A stretch of 64,000 nt of DNA, from assembly GCA_902577905.1 (NCBI GenBank), contig CACHAQ010000002.1, forward strand, positions 19,728 through 83,727. Reading direction: 5' to 3'. The DNA is from an uncultured Alphaproteobacteria bacterium. Lineage in GTDB: Bacteria; Pseudomonadota; Alphaproteobacteria; HIMB59; GCA-002718135. The notes under the pieces were generated by a model that worked only from the letters and a program-made list of their open reading frames with translations, had not been told where the DNA came from and did no database searches. Shown here piece by piece: positions 48,006 to 57,515 of the stretch. The first letter of the stretch is position 1; each line of letters begins with the position of its first letter. Made by a program: the position numbers and the translations under genes.

Positions 48006-49345
48006 TAGAAAATTTCTTCCTCATATATTTTTTTAATATTTTTTTTCCATTCACCATTATATTTTTTGATTAATAAATCAGCTGGTGAATGACCGTGTGA
48101 TAGATTTTGTTCTAAATCTTTTAGATAAAATGTTTCGTTATATTTTTCATTTTTTACTAGAATATTTCTTTTATCTAAACCTGATTTTGAAATTTCAAAC
48201 AATTTTTGTGCAATATCTAATAGATCACTATTTTTGAATTTTGTTTGTAAACCTTCTAGTGGAGCTAAATTATTTATTAAATTTCTGTCATTTTGAGTCC
48301 AACCCTCAACAATTTCGTTTGTTTTATTAATAGCTTCATCGTTATATAAAATACCAATCCAAAAGGCAGGTTGAGAACATATTAAATCCCATGAACATGC
48401 GTCCATAGAACGAATTTCTAAGAATTGCTTTAATCTAACTTGAGGAAATAAAGTTGATAAATGGTTTATCCAATCTTCTATAGTAGGTTCAATGTTTAAA
48501 TCTTTTGCAATATTATTTTCAATAAAATCTCTAAAAGTATAATTGGTCATGTTAATATATTTATGATTTTTAATTACAAAATACATTGGTACATCAAGAG
48601 CATACTCCACATATTTTTCAAAATTAAAATCTTTATCAAAAACAAATGGTAATAAACCTGTTCTATCTTTGTCTGTGTGATGCCAAAAATGAGATCTTAA
48701 ACTTTTATATTTAGAAACTTCTTTTTGATCAAAAGGTGAGTTAGCAAATATTGCAGTTGCTATTCCTTCAAGATTTAACATTAATCGATATTTAGCAATC
48801 ATATCTTCTTCGGAATGATAATCTAAATTTACTTGGTTTGTACATGTGCGTTTCATCATGTGATGTCCTAGAGTACCAACTTTAGGCATATATTTTTTCA
48901 TTATTGAATATCTTTGTTTTGGCATCCAAGAAAAATCATCAAGAGATAAACTTGGCTCAACACCTAATCCTAATAATATAAAATTAAATTCTTCACCAAT
49001 ATCTTTTAATTCCTTTAAATGTCTATTAGTTTCAGTGCAGGTTTGATGGATATTTTTTAATTGTGCTCCAGATAATTCGATCTGACCTCCTGGTTCTAAA
49101 GTTATACTTTCTCCAAATCTTTCTAGGGCAATTATTGTAGTATTTTTATCATCATACTTTGGTTTCCATCCCTTGTTTACAAATTTTAAAAGAATTTCTT
49201 TTATACCCTTAGGCTCTTCGTAAGATAAGTGATGTAAGCTGTTTTTTTTTAAAACAAATTTCTCGTGCTCTACTCCTATGCGTAAATCATTCTTATTTTT
49301 GATTCCTTTATAAAAGTAATCGATTAGATCATTTTTTTTTAGCAT
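48005..49345 (-). CDS. gshA: Glutamate-cysteine ligase, plant/alphaproteobacterial GCS2 type
   Basis: 446 aa with the RIGVEHEKF block, of the size and type seen in alphaproteobacteria and plants. Confidence 0.85.
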   Translation of the reverse strand: MLKKNDLIDYFYKGIKNKNDLRIGVEHEKFVLKKNSLHHLSYEEPKGIKEILLKFVNKGWKPKYDDKNTTIIALERFGESITLEPGGQIELSGAQLKNIHQTCTETNRHLKELKDIGEEFNFILLGLGVEPSLSLDDFSWMPKQRYSIMKKYMPKVGTLGHHMMKRTCTNQVNLDYHSEEDMIAKYRLMLNLEGIATAIFANSPFDQKEVSKYKSLRSHFWHHTDKDRTGLLPFVFDKDFNFEKYVEYALDVPMYFVIKNHKYINMTNYTFRDFIENNIAKDLNIEPTIEDWINHLSTLFPQVRLKQFLEIRSMDACSWDLICSQPAFWIGILYNDEAINKTNEIVEGWTQNDRNLINNLAPLEGLQTKFKNSDLLDIAQKLFEISKSGLDKRNILVKNEKYNETFYLKDLEQNLSHGHSPADLLIKKYNGEWKKNIKKIYEEEIF

Positions 49346-49368
49346 TATTTTAACTTAAATAGGTCAGA

Positions 49369-50736
49369 TCATATTAAAAATAAAGTAGCTAATCCAAGAA
49401 AAGAAAGGAAGCCAAATACATCTGTGATTGTAGTCAAAATTACTGCAGATGCTAAAGCAGGATCAATTTTAAGTTTATCTAAAACTAGTGGTATTACAAT
49501 TCCTGAAAAACCTGCGATTAGTAGGTTTAGTATCATAGCAAGACCTATTATTAAACCCAACAGCAAATTATCAAACCAATAAATAGAAATTAAAGATATT
49601 ATAATAGCGAATATGATACCATTTATACCGCCAATGAGAGTTTCTTTAGTTATTATTTTTATCGCATTGCTAGTTGTTAGTTCTTTCACAGCAATAGCTC
49701 TTACTGCTACTGTTAAAGTTTGAGTACCAGCATTAGCGCCCATAGAGGATACTATTGGCATTAAAATTGCTAAGGCTACTACTTTTTCTATAGCAGCTTC
49801 AAAAAAACCTATAACTATTGAAGCTGCCACTGCTGTCATTAAATTTACAATTAACCATGAAATTCTTGATTTTGTTGTAGAAATAACAGACTCATATAAA
49901 TCTGTATGATCAACACCTCCTAGTTTTAAAATATCTTCCTCTCTTTCTTCTTCTATAACCTCAACAACATCATCAACTGTAATTGATCCAATAATTTTTT
50001 TTTGATTATTGATAACAGGAGCACTGACCAATCCGTATTTGTTAAATAATAAGGCTACATCTTCCTGATCTGTATTTACATCAATTAATCTTAATTCTTT
50101 ATTTGTTATTGAATTTAATTCTACTTCTCTTTTTGAACCCATTAACTTTCCTAATGGAACAACACCTTTTGCTTCTTGGTTTTTATTAATTAAATAAATA
50201 TCATAGAAATCTTCAGGTAGTTTCACTTTATTATTTCTCAAATAATCAATTGCTTGACCAACATTCCATGATTGATTAACAGCAACAAATTGTCTTTGCA
50301 TTAATCTTCCGGCAGAGTCTTCAGGATAGTTTAATCCTTCTTCAACCAATGTGCGTTCTTCTTTATCTAAATTTTCTAAGAATATAGTCTGATCTTTTTC
50401 TTCTAAATCTTCTGCTAAGTCGACTACATCATCGGTATCTAAACTTTTAGCATTATTAGCTAATTGTTTTATATCCAAAGTTTCTATTATTTCTTCTCTA
50501 ACACTATCATTTAAATAAGTTAATATTTCAGGATCAAAATCTCTATCAATTATATTCAAAAGACTTAGTCTTAAAACTGGATCTAAATTTTGAAGAATTT
50601 CTGCAATATCAGCATTATGAATATCTTTTAAATAAGATAAAACATTATCATATTTATAATTTTCTAAATAATCAGATACTACTTCAACAGATTTGGATGA
50701 AGAATCCTGATCTTTTTTTATAATAATTTCTTCCAT
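49369..50736 (-). CDS. mgtE: Magnesium transporter MgtE
   Basis: MgtE N-domain, tandem CBS domains and a C-terminal 5-TM domain. The start is placed at the ATG at 50734-50736 (MEEIIIKK), because the 12 upstream codons in the track are the 3' half of tRNA-Leu. Confidence 0.85.
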   Translation of the reverse strand: MEEIIIKKDQDSSSKSVEVVSDYLENYKYDNVLSYLKDIHNADIAEILQNLDPVLRLSLLNIIDRDFDPEILTYLNDSVREEIIETLDIKQLANNAKSLDTDDVVDLAEDLEEKDQTIFLENLDKEERTLVEEGLNYPEDSAGRLMQRQFVAVNQSWNVGQAIDYLRNNKVKLPEDFYDIYLINKNQEAKGVVPLGKLMGSKREVELNSITNKELRLIDVNTDQEDVALLFNKYGLVSAPVINNQKKIIGSITVDDVVEVIEEEREEDILKLGGVDHTDLYESVISTTKSRISWLIVNLMTAVAASIVIGFFEAAIEKVVALAILMPIVSSMGANAGTQTLTVAVRAIAVKELTTSNAIKIITKETLIGGINGIIFAIIISLISIYWFDNLLLGLIIGLAMILNLLIAGFSGIVIPLVLDKLKIDPALASAVILTTITDVFGFLSFLGLATLFLI

Positions 50737-50742
50737 ATAAAT

Positions 50743-50829
50743 TGGTGCGGCTGAGAAGACTTGAACTTCCACAGGATAAATCCCACAGCGACCTCAACGC
50801 TGCGCGTATACCAATTCCGCCACAGCCGC
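50743..50829 (-). tRNA. tRNA-Leu (anticodon GAG), class II with long variable arm and encoded CCA
   Basis: Hand-folded from the sequence GCGGCTGTGGCGGAATTGGTATACGCGCAGCGTTGAGGTCGCTGTGGGATTTATCCTGTGGAAGTTCAAGTCTTCTCAGCCGCACCA. The 7-bp acceptor stem is GCGGCTG/CAGCCGC. The anticodon stem is CAGCG/CGCTG with loop TTGAGGT. The variable arm is 15 nt. The T arm is GGAAG-TTCAAGT-CTTCT. Confidence 0.9.
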
Positions 50830-50843
50830 ATATATAGTAGATT

Positions 50844-50872
50844 TAAATATCAGATAGGATATTAACTATCAA
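50844..50872 (-). promoter_or_regulatory. Candidate sigma70-type promoter for tRNA-Leu (and possibly the downstream genes)
   Basis: On the minus strand: TTGATA (50867-50872), a 17-nt spacer, then TATTTA (50844-50849), ending 14 nt before the mature tRNA 5' end. Confidence 0.35.
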
Positions 50873-50887
50873 TAAAGTTAAATACAG

Positions 50888-51535
50888 ATGAAACAATTTG
50901 AAATTAAAATATCTAATAGTGAAGTACATTATGAAGAAGCGGTAATGTATATGGAGTCTAGAGTTGATCAAATAATCAATAATAATTCTAAAGAATTATT
51001 ATGGTTTCTAAATCATAATCATGTTTTTACTCAAGGAACTAGTGCCTCAAAAGAAGAGATATTAAAATCAGATCTTATAGATATTATAAAATCCAATCGT
51101 GGAGGAAAAACAACTTATCACGGTCCTGGTCAAAGAATTGTATATTTTATGTTAAATTTAAATAATAAAAATAAAGATATTAGAAAATTTATTACCATAA
51201 TTGAAAATTCTCTTATTTCCTTCTTAGCAAACTATAATATTGAAGCTAAGGCTTTCAAAGACAGGGTAGGTATTTGGGTAACTAAAAATAATAATATTTC
51301 ATTTGATAAAGAAAAAAAAATTGGCGCAATTGGATTAAGAATTAAAAAATGGATTACATACCATGGATTAAGTTTTAATATTAACCCTGATCTTAGATAT
51401 TACAGTTATATTCATTCTTGTGGTTTAAAAGAGTATCAAAATACTTCAATGGAAGAATTAGGTATTAAACTAGAACAATCTGAATTTGATATTAAATTTA
51501 AAAAAATTTTTTTAGAAAAATTAAAAACTATTTAA
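50888..51535 (+). CDS. lipB: Octanoyl/lipoyl transferase
   Basis: 215 aa with RGGKTTYHGPGQRIVY (LipB signature RGGxxTYHGPGQ) and a KIGAIG catalytic Lys block. Confidence 0.88.
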   Translation: MKQFEIKISNSEVHYEEAVMYMESRVDQIINNNSKELLWFLNHNHVFTQGTSASKEEILKSDLIDIIKSNRGGKTTYHGPGQRIVYFMLNLNNKNKDIRKFITIIENSLISFLANYNIEAKAFKDRVGIWVTKNNNISFDKEKKIGAIGLRIKKWITYHGLSFNINPDLRYYSYIHSCGLKEYQNTSMEELGIKLEQSEFDIKFKKIFLEKLKTI

Positions 51536-52435
51536 ATATTCTTTTAAATCTTTACTAATTTTTAAGTTATTTTTTTTAATGAAGCTTAGAAAGTGATCTG
51601 GTAATTTTGAAAAAAATTCAAACTTCTTTGTATTTATTTCAAATTTTAATCCAATTGCATGTAACATTAAATTTTCTTTTGAATGCTTAGAATGAATATT
51701 ATATTTTTGATCCCCAACTATTGGACATCCAAGATTTTTAGATACTATTCTAAGTTGATGAGTTTTTCCAGTTTGAGGATTGAATAAAATTGAAGATATC
51801 CCTTTATTTTTATTTAATAATTTATAATTTGTTAAAGTATTTTCAATTTTAAGTTTTTTATTTTTAATTTCTAATTTAACTTGAGAATAATTATTTTTTG
51901 GATTTCCTTCACATAAAGCAATATAGTATTTAGTAATTTCTCTTAGTTTGAAAAGATGAGATAGTTTTTTAGCATAATTAAGATTTTTAGCTATTAAAAG
52001 TAGTCCTGATGTTTCTTTATCTAGTCTATGTACTAACCTATATTGTGAATTAATATTTTTGATTATATGATCTATTGAAATATTAATTTTACTTCCTCCT
52101 TGAGTAGCAATTTGTGGCCATTTATCTAAAACAATAAAATCGTTATTTTCAAATTTTATTGATCTTTTGAATTCATTTAAAATTTCTTTAGATATTTTAA
52201 TATTTTTTTTAAAAATTATCTTATTTTTATATAGTGTCTCATGAAAATTCAATATTTTAAGTTCATCATTAAGTTTAACTAGATAGTTTGCTTTAGTTAT
52301 AGAACTATTAATTAAAATATTTTTTTTTCTTATATTTTTTTCAATAAATCCTTGTGTCAAAGTAGTGTATTTATTTTTAAGATATTTATCTAGTCTTTGA
52401 TTCAAATTATTCAAAATTTTAATTTTTTTAATCAA
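51521..52435 (-). CDS. RluA-family 23S rRNA pseudouridine synthase (RluC/RluD-like)
   Basis: 304 aa with an N-terminal S4-like domain (RLDKYL) and catalytic motif HRLDKETSGLLL. Confidence 0.8.
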   Translation of the reverse strand: MIKKIKILNNLNQRLDKYLKNKYTTLTQGFIEKNIRKKNILINSSITKANYLVKLNDELKILNFHETLYKNKIIFKKNIKISKEILNEFKRSIKFENNDFIVLDKWPQIATQGGSKINISIDHIIKNINSQYRLVHRLDKETSGLLLIAKNLNYAKKLSHLFKLREITKYYIALCEGNPKNNYSQVKLEIKNKKLKIENTLTNYKLLNKNKGISSILFNPQTGKTHQLRIVSKNLGCPIVGDQKYNIHSKHSKENLMLHAIGLKFEINTKKFEFFSKLPDHFLSFIKKNNLKISKDLKEYLNSF

Positions 52436-52436
52436 A

Positions 52437-52805
52437 TCAAAACTTATTTAACAAGGTTCCTAAATATGCAAACATTAAACATATAAAAATTGAAATAAAA
52501 ATATAAGTAAAAGATGAAAAATATTTTTTTGAATTTATTAATTCTACAACCTCATAAGAAAACGCAGAAAAAGTTGTGAAAGATCCTAAAAGACCAATAA
52601 TTAAAAAAAATTTAATAAAATTCTCAGATAAATTGTTTCCAGCATTAGATGTTATAAAATATCCTATTAAAAAAGAACCTAAAATATTCACAGAAATGGT
52701 TCCATAAATACTTGATGCAAACATTGATTTGCTAATATTTGTTAAAAGATATCTTAGAATTGCGCCTAATGCGCCACCAGCGGCGACTAACATTAAGTTA
52801 AACAA
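52437..52805 (-). CDS. crcB: Fluoride ion channel CrcB/FluC
   Basis: 122 aa with 4 TM helices and a CrcB-type block (GGALGAILRY; GLLGSFTTFSAF). Confidence 0.85.
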   Translation of the reverse strand: MFNLMLVAAGGALGAILRYLLTNISKSMFASSIYGTISVNILGSFLIGYFITSNAGNNLSENFIKFFLIIGLLGSFTTFSAFSYEVVELINSKKYFSSFTYIFISIFICLMFAYLGTLLNKF

Positions 52806-52810
52806 TGTAT

Positions 52811-53248
52811 TTAAGCTTGAGGTTGTTCCTCTACTTCTTCAGTAGATTTTTTTTCTAAGATAGGTCCACTATCAAGACCTTTGGCATTTTCATCTCGATC
52901 TACAAATTCAATAACTGCTGTAGGTGCATTATCACCAAATCTATTACCCAATTTAATAATTCGTGTGTACCCCCCAGATCTATTTTTGTATCTATCAGCT
53001 AATATATCAAAAACTTTTTGTGTCATTTTAATATCTTGAAGTATTGAAATAGTTTTTCTTCTGGAGATTAAATCACCCTTTTTTCCTAAAGTAACAATTT
53101 TCTCTATAAATCGTCTTAGTTCTTTAGCTTTTGCTTGTGTAGTAGTGATTTGTTCATGCTTTATGAGAGCATTAGACATGTTCATAAACATAGCTTTTCT
53201 ATGTGAGGATGTTTTATTAAGTTTTTTATTTCTAATGTTGTGTTTCAT
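52811..53248 (-). CDS. rplQ: 50S ribosomal protein L17
   Basis: [16 protein letters not shown]...[16 protein letters not shown], the canonical L17. Confidence 0.95.
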   Translation of the reverse strand: MKHNIRNKKLNKTSSHRKAMFMNMSNALIKHEQITTTQAKAKELRRFIEKIVTLGKKGDLISRRKTISILQDIKMTQKVFDILADRYKNRSGGYTRIIKLGNRFGDNAPTAVIEFVDRDENAKGLDSGPILEKKSTEEVEEQPQA

Positions 53249-53250
53249 TA

Positions 53251-54273
53251 TTATTTATTAAAAGGATCTTCATATTTTTTTGCTAATTCTTCAATATTTT
53301 CAGGAGGCCAATCAGGAACAGACATTCCCAAATTAAGTTCCATTTGTTGAAGAACTTCTTTAATTTCATTAAGAGATTTTCTACCAAAATTAGGAGTTCT
53401 TAACATCTCAGATTCTGATTTTTGAACAAGATCGCCAATATAAATTATATTGTCATTTTTTAAACAATTTGCAGACCTAACTGATAATTCTAACTCTTCC
53501 ACTTTTTTAAGTAAGTTTGAATTAAAAGATAAACTTTCAACTTTAGATTGATCAGGTATTACTTCAGGTTCATCAAAATTTATAAATGGCTGTAATTGAT
53601 CCTGGAGAATTCTAGCTGCTAAGGCTATAGCATCATCAGGAGTGATAGCTCCATTAGTTTCAACTTCAAAAACTAACTTATCGAAATCTGTAACTTGACC
53701 AACTCTACTATTTTCAATTTTATAAGATGCTTTAACTACTGGACTGAACATAGCATCCAGCTTAATCTCACCAATAATTTTATTCTCATCTTCAGCAACT
53801 TCTGCGGTAACATAACCTTTACCTGTTTCAACATTAGCCTCAATCTCAACATCAGCATTTGAGTCAAGAGTCATAATTAATTGATCTGGATTCATAATTT
53901 CAGTTTCAGAGTCTGTTTCAAAATTACCAGCTCTTAGTTCCCCTGATCCTGAAGATTTTAAATACATTTTTTTTAATCCGGGAGAGTGAACTTTTACAGC
54001 TATTGATTTCAAGTTTAAAAGTATGTCTGTTAAATCTTCTTTGACACCAGTAATTGTAGAAAATTCATGAACAACTCCCTTAATTTTAACGGAAGTAATT
54101 GCGGCTCCCTGTAAAGAAGATAATAAAATTCTTCTAATAGAATTTCCAAGCGTTAACCCAAATCCTCTTTCCAATGGCTCAGCAATTAACTTGCCAATCC
54201 TACCATTATTTTCATCTACATTAACTTCCATTTTTGTGGGCTTAATTAATTCACTCCAGTTTTTTTGTAACAC
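53251..54273 (-). CDS. rpoA: DNA-directed RNA polymerase alpha subunit
   Basis: 340 aa with N-terminal assembly domain and C-terminal domain ([12 protein letters not shown]), in the conserved operon position. Confidence 0.95.
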   Translation of the reverse strand: MLQKNWSELIKPTKMEVNVDENNGRIGKLIAEPLERGFGLTLGNSIRRILLSSLQGAAITSVKIKGVVHEFSTITGVKEDLTDILLNLKSIAVKVHSPGLKKMYLKSSGSGELRAGNFETDSETEIMNPDQLIMTLDSNADVEIEANVETGKGYVTAEVAEDENKIIGEIKLDAMFSPVVKASYKIENSRVGQVTDFDKLVFEVETNGAITPDDAIALAARILQDQLQPFINFDEPEVIPDQSKVESLSFNSNLLKKVEELELSVRSANCLKNDNIIYIGDLVQKSESEMLRTPNFGRKSLNEIKEVLQQMELNLGMSVPDWPPENIEELAKKYEDPFNK

Positions 54274-54288
54274 TTAAATGCTCCTTTT

Positions 54289-54669
54289 TTAAACTCTTCT
54301 TCTTTTTCTAGGTCTACAACCATTATGGGGTATAGGAGTTACATCTTTTATTGAAGTAATCACATAACCTATAGATTGTAATGATCTTAGAGCAGACTCT
54401 CTTCCAGAGCCTGGGCCAGAAACTTCTACTTTAAGATTTTTTAATCCAAATTCTTTGGCTTTATTACCTACATCTTCAGCAGCAATCTGAGCTGCGTAAG
54501 GTGTTGATTTTCTAGATCCTTTAAAACCTTTATGACCAGATGATGACCATGCCAATGCATTTCCTTTTTCATCTGATATAGTAATGATTGTATTATTAAA
54601 TGAGGAAACGATGTGGGCTATTCCAGATGATATTTTTTTCTTAAATTTAGATTTTTTCTTTTCTACCAT
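54289..54669 (-). CDS. rpsK: 30S ribosomal protein S11
   Basis: [18 protein letters not shown]...[13 protein letters not shown]. Confidence 0.95.
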   Translation of the reverse strand: MVEKKKSKFKKKISSGIAHIVSSFNNTIITISDEKGNALAWSSSGHKGFKGSRKSTPYAAQIAAEDVGNKAKEFGLKNLKVEVSGPGSGRESALRSLQSIGYVITSIKDVTPIPHNGCRPRKRRRV

Positions 54670-54671
54670 TT

Positions 54672-55052
54672 TTAACCTTTTGTAACCTTTTTCTTACCTG
54701 CAATTGCAACTGCCTTGCCTTTTCTAGTTCTAGCATTAGTATGCGTTCTTTGCCCTCTAACTGGTAATTTTTTTCTATGACGCAGTCCTCTATAACATCC
54801 CAGGTCATTTAATCTTTTAATATCTAAAGATATTTTACGTCTTAAATCACCCTCCACTGAATACTCTTTATCAATTAGATCTCTTATTTTATTAACTTCT
54901 TCTTCATTAAGTTCACTAACACGCTTTGTTACATCTATAGATGCATTATTACAAATATCTAAAGCAATCTTTTTTCCTATCCCAAAAATATACGTAAGCG
55001 CTATATTTACTTTTTTGTTTGTGGGGATGTTGACGCCTGAAATTCTAGCCAT
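54672..55052 (-). CDS. rpsM: 30S ribosomal protein S13
   Basis: Canonical N-terminus [10 protein letters not shown] from the ATG at 55050-55052. The track ORF begins 4 codons earlier at a TTG. Confidence 0.93.
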   Translation of the reverse strand: MARISGVNIPTNKKVNIALTYIFGIGKKIALDICNNASIDVTKRVSELNEEEVNKIRDLIDKEYSVEGDLRRKISLDIKRLNDLGCYRGLRHRKKLPVRGQRTHTNARTRKGKAVAIAGKKKVTKG

Positions 55053-55142
55053 AATGAAATCCAAAAAAAATGAATGAGGGTGAATACATGATATTTATGC
55101 AATTAGTCAAGAAAAGATATGTTAAAATTTGGCGGTTTTTCA

Positions 55143-55712
55143 TTATTTTTTTATAATTTCTTTGATTTTTTCTGTTATTTCTTGAATTTGTTGAGATCCA
55201 TCTATTTCATGAAATATGGATGATTTATTTTCCCTGTAGAAGTTAGAAACTTTTTCGGTGGAATTTAAATATTCGTTATATCTAGTTTCTATAACATCAA
55301 TTTTATCATCATCTCTGCTCTCTTCTGAAGATCTTTTTAATATTCTCTCTTTTAAAGTTTTAAAATTTAATTCAATATTAAAAATAAAGTTTATTGAAAT
55401 AGAGCTTTGTATGAGAAAGTTATTTAAAAATTCAGATTGTGCTAATGTTCTTGGATAACCGTCTAAAATAAAACCATTATTTGTTTCATTTTTAAGCCTT
55501 AAAGAAACAATGGAATTTAGTATTTCATCTGAAACTAAATTACCTGAGGACATAATTGATTTTAATTCTTTGGCTAGATCATCTTTATCTAAAAGCTTTT
55601 TTCTCAATATATCTCCTGTTGAAAGATGAGAAATGTTTAGATATTCAGATATTTTTTTAGCTTGAGTTCCTTTTCCTGCTCCAGGGGGGCCAAAAAAAAT
55701 TATGTTTTTCAA
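55143..55712 (-). CDS. adk: Adenylate kinase (short-lid form)
   Basis: 189 aa with P-loop GPPGAGKGTQA. It lacks the Cys4 lid. Confidence 0.93.
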   Translation of the reverse strand: MKNIIFFGPPGAGKGTQAKKISEYLNISHLSTGDILRKKLLDKDDLAKELKSIMSSGNLVSDEILNSIVSLRLKNETNNGFILDGYPRTLAQSEFLNNFLIQSSISINFIFNIELNFKTLKERILKRSSEESRDDDKIDVIETRYNEYLNSTEKVSNFYRENKSSIFHEIDGSQQIQEITEKIKEIIKK

Positions 55713-55713
55713 T

Positions 55714-57054
55714 TTATCTTCTGCCTTTTAACTTAGTTTTTTTGAGTAAACCTTCATACTGATGTTGAAATAAATGAGATTGTACTTGAGTAATAAAATC
55801 AATCATAACAACTACAACAATTAATAAAGCTGTACCCCCAAGATAAAAAGGTATTGATGTTCTTGATAGTAGAAATTCTGGTAGTAATGCAACAAATGTC
55901 AAATAAATAGTACCAATTGTAGTAAGTCTAATCAACACGAACTCAATATATTTCGCAGTATTTTCTCCTGGTCTTATGCCAGGTATAAATCCACCATATT
56001 TTCGTAAATTTTCTGCTTGTTCATCTGGATTAAAAACAATAGACGTATAAAAGAATCCAAAAAACACTATCATAGCGGCATAAAAAGCTAAATAGAGAGG
56101 TTGTCCTCTTCCTAAATAGCTAGATATTAGTATAAAAATATCACTTGATGAACCAGCACCAAATCCTGACATGGTGTTTGGTAAAAGAAGTATAGATGAA
56201 GCAAAAATAACTGGAATAACACCAGCAGTATTTATTTTTAGAGGTAAGTGTGAACTTTGTCCTCCATAAATTTTGTTTCCAACTTGTCTTTTAGGATACT
56301 GAACAGGTAAACGTCTTTGAGCTTTTTCAACAAAAACTATAAAAATAATTAACAAAAGTATAAGGATTAAAATACCTAAAATAAAGGCAATGCTTAATTC
56401 ACCTGTCCTACCTAGTTGTAAAGTACTTACAAAGGCACTAGGTAAGTTGGCAATTATGCCTGCAGTAATAATTAATGAAATTCCATTTCCAACACCTCTT
56501 GATGAAATTTGCTCTCCTAACCACATTAAAAACACTGTACCGCCAACAAGAGTTATAACTGTTGTTAATCTAAAAAAAATACCCGGCTCAAAAACTATAT
56601 TTCCATATGTTGTCTGCATAGATTCTAAACCTATTGAAACTCCATATCCTTGTACTGCTGCAATGATGACAGTTACATACCTGGTAAATTGTAAGAGTTG
56701 TCTTCTTCCTTTTGATCCTTGTTCTTTTAAGGATTTAAGATACGGAACTGCAGATTGCATCAAAGTCATAATAATAGATGAAGATATGTATGGCATGACT
56801 CCTAATGCAAAAATACCCATTCTTCCCAAAGCTCCACCTGAAAATGTGTCAAAAATACCTAATATGCCAGATGATTGTTGTTCAAAAAATTGTTGTAATG
56901 CTAAGGGATTAATACCTGGTATTGGTAAAAAAGTACCTAAACGAAAAACAATTAATGCACCCAATGTAAATAAAAGTCGCTGCCTAAGTTCTGTTGCCTT
57001 GCCTAAGGCTCCAAAATTAAGATTGTTAGCGATTTTGTCTGCAGCCGTTGCCAT
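55714..57054 (-). CDS. secY: Preprotein translocase subunit SecY
   Basis: 446 aa with 10 TM helices, located between rplO and adk. Confidence 0.95.
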   Translation of the reverse strand: MATAADKIANNLNFGALGKATELRQRLLFTLGALIVFRLGTFLPIPGINPLALQQFFEQQSSGILGIFDTFSGGALGRMGIFALGVMPYISSSIIMTLMQSAVPYLKSLKEQGSKGRRQLLQFTRYVTVIIAAVQGYGVSIGLESMQTTYGNIVFEPGIFFRLTTVITLVGGTVFLMWLGEQISSRGVGNGISLIITAGIIANLPSAFVSTLQLGRTGELSIAFILGILILILLLIIFIVFVEKAQRRLPVQYPKRQVGNKIYGGQSSHLPLKINTAGVIPVIFASSILLLPNTMSGFGAGSSSDIFILISSYLGRGQPLYLAFYAAMIVFFGFFYTSIVFNPDEQAENLRKYGGFIPGIRPGENTAKYIEFVLIRLTTIGTIYLTFVALLPEFLLSRTSIPFYLGGTALLIVVVVMIDFITQVQSHLFQHQYEGLLKKTKLKGRR

Positions 57055-57513
57055 TTATTTCTTTGTTAATTTTATTTTACCACCTAATTTTTCTAGAGCT
57101 TCAATTGCTTTTTTTGAAGCATAAGAAATTTCAATATTAGTTGTTTTATCTAGTTGTCCAATATTCAAAAGTTTTAAGTTGCCCTTAGATCTTTTAAATA
57201 TCTTTTTATTAAAAAGTTCATCTTCTTTGATTTCGGTTGAATCAATATTATGTTTTTTTACTATATTATTAATCATCTTAAAACTGATACTTTGAATCTT
57301 TTTTTTGAAATAATTGTTAAAACCTCTTTTTGGTAAACGTCTGTAAATTGGCATTTGCCCACCTTCAAAACCATTAATAGAAACACCAGATCTAGATTTC
57401 TGTCCTTTTACACCTCTACCAGATGTTTTACCAAGACCTGAACCAGAGCCCCTACCTCTCCTCTTATTTTTTTTATTAGAAGTTAGTGTCGATTTCAATT
57501 CATTGATTTTCAT
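57055..57513 (-). CDS. rplO: 50S ribosomal protein L15
   Basis: [26 protein letters not shown]. Confidence 0.95.
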   Translation of the reverse strand: MKINELKSTLTSNKKNKRRGRGSGSGLGKTSGRGVKGQKSRSGVSINGFEGGQMPIYRRLPKRGFNNYFKKKIQSISFKMINNIVKKHNIDSTEIKEDELFNKKIFKRSKGNLKLLNIGQLDKTTNIEISYASKKAIEALEKLGGKIKLTKK

Positions 57514-57515
57514 AT

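Noticed and set aside
50737-50772. The N-terminal extension of mgtE in the ORF track (MEVQVFSAAPIY).
   Set aside because: These codons are the T-arm and acceptor 3' half of tRNA-Leu(GAG). The MgtE start was moved to the ATG at 50736.
55085-55110. A TTGACT hexamer on the minus strand (revcomp of 55103-55108) as a possible internal promoter for rpsM-rpsK-rpoA-rplQ.
   Set aside because: No acceptable -10 hexamer lies at 16-18 nt spacing (GTATTC or TGTATT). A promoter cannot be called from sequence alone.
56390-57124. A 244-aa ORF on the plus strand, antisense to secY and running into rplO. This is strikingly long for AT-rich DNA.
   Set aside because: In this antisense phase a stop arises only opposite sense codons starting TA (Tyr) or CA (His/Gln) that follow a codon ending in a pyrimidine. 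SecY has few such residues, so the shadow frame stays open. The predicted protein has no motif and a low-complexity Pro/Cys/Lys composition. It overlaps two universally conserved genes.
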